64,000 nucleotides of DNA, taken from positions 608,001 through 672,000 of the forward strand of contig CBDBCZ010000013.1 in assembly GCA_965203295.1 (NCBI GenBank), written 5' to 3'. Each line of letters opens with the position of its first letter. Positions within the stretch are counted from its first letter, which is position 1. Under the pieces are notes generated by a model. That model saw only the letters and a program-made list of their open reading frames with translations. It made no database searches and was not told the DNA's origin. Position numbers and translations under genes: made by a program. Below are positions 61,101 to 64,000 of this stretch, in pieces. The stretch is from Nitrospirales bacterium (GTDB lineage Bacteria > Nitrospirota > Nitrospiria > Nitrospirales > UBA8639).

Positions 61101-64000
61101 TCACTAAGCCTGGCAGGAGGACGTACTGGTGATGGGCAAAGAAGAAACCCTCAGTTTGTCAAGTGTTACAATTGTAACAGGACTGGACACCTTGCAAGAG
61201 ACTGCCGCTCTGTCAGACCGGTGGGGGAAGCACCAGCTCGCACTCAAAACCCGAAAGCCAGTAACTGGAATGCTGCAACTCGGGCAGCAGCTGTTGTGTC
61301 TGTTCCCGGTGAATGCCAATCCCGTGGCGAAGAGGAACCTCTCAAGTGGATGTACGAAATGTATGGATTACTACACACAGATGCCCCTCCTGCTGACTCT
61401 TGCCTCCGGTTGGGACCTACTCTAACTCTTCCCCTAGAGCTAGATGGTATCCCTGTACAGGCCCTGGTTGACACAGGATGCCCTGCTACAATTATTTCCA
61501 GAGAGATATGCCGGAAGATTCTGGACAAGGAACGAGAAGAAGCTGAACCATTGACCTCAGAGCAGTGGAAGGAGAAAGCTGCCAAACGTCTGCGACAGCC
61601 TGGTCTGCTGCTGAAGGCATATTGTGGAACTGAGCTGAATATAGGAGCGGAAATTGCAGTCCACGTGGCTACCCCACACCATGCAGTTAACAGAGTTGTG
61701 CTGGTGCAGAAGGATACCCCAGTCCACATGCTCTTGGGAACCGATCTGATGTCTGCCCTGGGAATCAGAGTCCTTGACAGCAATGGCCAATCCCTACTTG
61801 TTCCACTCATGGAGCAGCCTCAACCAGTCGGAGCCGTGAAGCAGCCTCAACCAGTCCAAGTTGTGGAGCAGCCTCAACCAGTCGGAGTCGTGGAGCAGCC
61901 TCAACCAGTCCAAGTTGTGGAGCAGCCTCAACCAGTCGGAGTCGTGGAGCAGCCTCAACCAGTCGGAGCCGCGGAGCAGCCTCAACCAGTCGGAGTCGTG
62001 GAGCAGCCTCAACCAGTCGGAGCCGCGGAGCAGCCTCAACCAGTCCAAGTTGTGGAGCAGCCTCAACCAGTCGGAGCCGCGGAGCAGCCTCAACCAGTCG
62101 GAGTCGTGGAGCAGCCTCAACCAGTCGGAGCCGCGGAGCAGCCTCAACCAGTCGGAGCCGCGGAGCAGCCTCAACCAGTCGGAGTCGTGGAGCAGCCTCA
62201 ACCAGTCGGAGCCGCGGAGCAGCCTCAACCAGTCCAAGTTGTGGAGCAGCCTCAACCAGTCGGAGCCGCGGAGCAGCCTCAACCAGTCGGAGCCGCGGAG
62301 CAGCCTCAACCAGTCGGAGTCGTGGAGCAGCCTCAACCAGTCGGAGTCGTGGAGCAGCCTCAACCAGTCCGAGTTATGGAGCAGCCTCCACCAGTTGTGG
62401 AGCAGCCTCAACCAGTCCGAGTCGTGGAGCAGCCTCAACCAGTCCAAGTCGTGGAGCAGCCTCAACCGGTCCGAATTGTAGAGCAGCTTCAACCAGTCCA
62501 AGTTGTGGAGCAGCCTCCACCAGTTGTGGAGCAGCCTCAACCAGTCCGAGTTGTGGAGCAGCCTCAACCAGTCGGAGCCGCGGAGCAGCCTCAACCAGTC
62601 CAAGTTGTGGAGCAGCCTCAACCAGTCCGAGTGGTCACAGGTGCTCTGCAGCCAGCAGTTGATGGTACTTCGCGTGGGATGAAGTCCCTATCCCCATGTC
62701 TTAAGATTGGAAATAGAAGATATTCCGTCCATGGATACTCAGAGGATGGACAAGGTCCTGGAAGCACCCAGAGTTCTTCTGCTACTGGGTCTGAGGCAAA
62801 GTCACCTGGCACAAAACGAATACCTGTGCATTTGATTCGAGCCTGTAAGCTACCAGGACGTTGTGGAAAATTACTGAAAGCAAAACTGAAAAGGAACACT
62901 TCTGTCTCTTCCTTCGAATGGCTGTTTGAACCCAAAGCAGGACTACACAACAATGCCCTCAAGATTGCTGATGCAGTTGTCATGCCTGAAAATGAATGTT
63001 TCCTGTTGCCAGTCTGCAATTCCTCTGGAACACCGACTTGGTTAAAGAGTGGGCAAGTCCTCGGCTGGCTACAGCCAGCAGATGTTATTGACAGTGAAGA
63101 CAATGTCATGGAAGTGGATGAAAAGCCTGATGATGAGGCAGTTGGTGATGAAGACAGAACACGGGCTGATCGAACAGACGATGAAGCAGCCCATGAAATA
63201 AACGCTGAAACTCAGGACATAGACTCAACTGGCTTGGTCAACACAAGTTCAAGAGTTGCTTGCCTGAAATCAATGTTGCAGCTGGACCAGTCAGAGATAG
63301 GTCCCCAAGAGCGAGAAACCCTGGAAGCCTTCCTGGTTCAGAATGCGGATGTCTTTGCACTCAGCAATAAAGAATTGGGATGCACAGATGTTGTCACTCA
63401 TTGCATTGACACTGGAGACCACAAACCACTCCACCAAGCTCCTCATCGTACCCCTTTTGCTCTACGTAGTCATGTGGATACAATGGTCCAAGAAATGTTA
63501 GATCAAGATGTCATTCAGCCAACATCCAGCCCTTGGGCTAGCCCGATAGTCCTTGTCAAGAAGAAAGATGGCTCCATGAGGTTTTGTGTGGACTATCGCC
63601 GCCTCAATTCTATCACTAAATTGGATGTCTATCCACTTCCCAGAATTGACGACACGCTTGATGTCTTGGCTGGAGCCCGTTTCTTTACAACATTGGATTT
63701 AGCTTCCGGTTATTGGCAAGTCACAGTCGATCCGGCTGCAAGAGAGAAGACTGCCTTTGTTACACATTCAGGGTTGTATGAATTTAAGGTCATGCCATTT
63801 GGCCTATGTAACGCTCCAGCAACCTTTCAACGCCTCATGGAAATTGTCCTTGCAGGCCTAACTCGCAACCAATGTTTCGTCTACTTGGACGATATCCTGA
63901 TCGTTTCTCGTTCCTGGGATGAACATCTTGAAAACCTCCACCTCGTGTTTGACCGTCTACGAAGTGCTGGGCTACGACTAAAACCAAAGAAATGCACATT
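58173..64000 (+). CDS. Ty3/Gypsy gag-pol polyprotein, single frame, open to the window end (>1940 aa; RNase H and integrase expected beyond the window)
   Basis: ATG at 58173, then in one frame: coiled-coil N-terminus, capsid-like LPMFSGD..FQEWLDQFE..LRGSARAFY (~60450-60800), CCHC knuckle CYNCNRTGHLARDC (~61164), protease ALVDTG (61461), and RT SPWASPIVLVKKKDG..RFCVDYRRLN..MPFGLCNAPATFQR..YLDD (63882). It is probably missing from the ORF track because it has no stop within the window. Confidence 0.93.
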   Translation, partial: MATKQQLKSQLDSLRSENQRLEELVDDLRTENPERMRMAEIVDRMEERANTAEMEVKRLREEQSHEELERLRAMAAQQAKWEAREQRLEAQLVATERRVQEMSDRTVRRDWETEELAHTPELQPPADDLPRREPEYELLQPREGPLHCDERKSPPPLVHYQTPGLRRELEQFPQTAAGVPVTAQQMPGLRRELEQFPQTAAGVPVTAQQMPGLRRELEQFPQTAAGVPVTGQQMPGLRRELEQFPQTAAGVPVTGQQMPGLRRELEQFPQTAAGVPVTGQQMPGLRSELEQFPQTAAGVPVTAQQMPGLRRELEQFPQTAAGVPVTAQQMPGLRRELEQFPQTAAGVPVTGQQMPGLRRELEQFPQTAAGVPVTGQQMPGLRRELEQFPQTAAGVPVTGQQMPGLRRELEQFPQTAAGVPVTGQQMPGLRSELEQFPQTAAGVPVTAQQKPGLRRELEQFPQTAAGVPVTGQQMPGLRRELEQFPQTAAGVPVTAQQMPGLRRELEQFPQTAAGVPVTAQQMPGLRRELEQFPQTAAGVPVTAQQMPGLRRELEQFPQTAAGVPVTGQQMPGLRRELEQIAQTAAGVPVTAQQMPGLRRELEQFPQTAAGVPVTAQQMPGLRRELEQFPQTAAGVPVTGQQMPGLRRELEQFPQTAAGDRVRMAPAQGSGPLQRGAKPMVPTCNYMCLYGEATTSDRWPTSTVPLTATPIVTPSVITSTAVPLPVTSPQTPNQPRGEQLGQSQPKCELTAALGNLTQQLPPLPMFSGDDPVRDSGTFQEWLDQFEMVGELAQWSDGVKLKQLVLRLRGSARAFYRTLTEEQKWNYQSLVQELKNRFTPVRIQALESSIFRERRQKVEESVDAYAQDLQQLFQKAYPTALQGSEDARVMGQSVLSNQLIAGLLPELKRKIAYIEGATFSELWQKARFEEARLLDLARTGTRPAAMPWKQRFPRDDAPKQEQWKQQPPQGNLQRQERSSLSLAGGRTGDGQRRNPQFVKCYNCNRTGHLARDCRSVRPVGEAPARTQNPKASNWNAATRAAAVVSVPGECQSRGEEEPLKWMYEMYGLLHTDAPPADSCLRLGPTLTLPLELDGIPVQALVDTGCPATIISREICRKILDKEREEAEPLTSEQWKEKAAKRLRQPGLLLKAYCGTELNIGAEIAVHVATPHHAVNRVVLVQKDTPVHMLLGTDLMSALGIRVLDSNGQSLLVPLMEQPQPVGAVKQPQPVQVVEQPQPVGVVEQPQPVQVVEQPQPVGVVEQPQPVGAAEQPQPVGVVEQPQPVGAAEQPQPVQVVEQPQPVGAAEQPQPVGVVEQPQPVGAAEQPQPVGAAEQPQPVGVVEQPQPVGAAEQPQPVQVVEQPQPVGAAEQPQPVGAAEQPQPVGVVEQPQPVGVVEQPQPVRVMEQPPPVVEQPQPVRVVEQPQPVQVVEQPQPVRIVEQLQPVQVVEQPPPVVEQPQPVRVVEQPQPVGAAEQPQPVQVVEQPQPVRVVTGALQPAVDGTSRGMKSLSPCLKIGNRRYSVHGYSEDGQGPGSTQSSSATGSEAKSPGTKRIPVHLIRACKLPGRCGKLLKAKLKRNTSVSSFEWLFEPKAGLHNNALKIADAVVMPENECFLLPVCNSSGTPTWLKSGQVLGWLQPADVIDSEDNVMEVDEKPDDEAVGDEDRTRADRTDDEAAHEINAETQDIDSTGLVNTSSRVACLKSMLQLDQSEIGPQERETLEAFLVQNADVFALSNKELGCTDVVTHCIDTGDHKPLHQAPHRTPFALRSHVDTMVQEMLDQDVIQPTSSPWASPIVLVKKKDGSMRFCVDYRRLNSITKLDVYPLPRIDDTLDVLAGARFFTTLDLASGYWQVTVDPAAREKTAFVTHSGLYEFKVMPFGLCNAPATFQRLMEIVLAGLTRNQCFVYLDDILIVSRSWDEHLENLHLVFDRLRSAGLRLKPKKCT
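58655..60140 (+). repeat. 60-bp coding tandem repeat x~25 within gag (MPGLRRELEQFPQTAAGVPVTAQQ-like, 20-aa period)
   Basis: Near-identical 60-nt units in frame with the gag ATG. Confidence 0.97.
61811..62630 (+). repeat. 27-bp coding tandem repeat x~30 between protease and RT (EQPQPV[GQR][VA][VA], 9-aa period)
   Basis: GGAGCAGCCTCAACCAGTC-based units plus two 18-bp variants, with the frame preserved. Confidence 0.97.

Overview
Eukaryotic (animal) genomic DNA with short GT-AG introns, MITEs and LINE relics. The sequence style suggests a demosponge-like invertebrate, which is an inference. Bases 1-26.6 kb are a complex satellite of three related monomers (A ~544 bp, B ~222 bp, C ~490 bp) in (A)n-B-C higher-order units. 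The array flips orientation at a fold-back junction at 16,729 and is followed by older, decayed monomers up to ~29.4 kb. Next come a probable orphan multi-exon (pseudo)gene (31.4-33.2 kb, -) and a 16-exon L-rhamnonate dehydratase (RhmD/LRA3-like) gene (34,625-40,359, +). Two tandem 7-exon paralogs (41,097-45,422 and 49,139-53,548, -) encode signal peptide + six Kelch blades + a cytochrome b561 membrane domain. The window ends in the 5' part of an intact-looking Ty3/Gypsy element (LTR, tRNA-Pro PBS, single gag-pol ORF open to the window end) carrying two in-frame tandem-repeat expansions. The best candidate for an undescribed system is the Kelch-cytochrome b561 fusion pair, possibly linked to the neighbouring sugar-acid dehydratase. 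All gene models were spliced by hand and no database searches were run.
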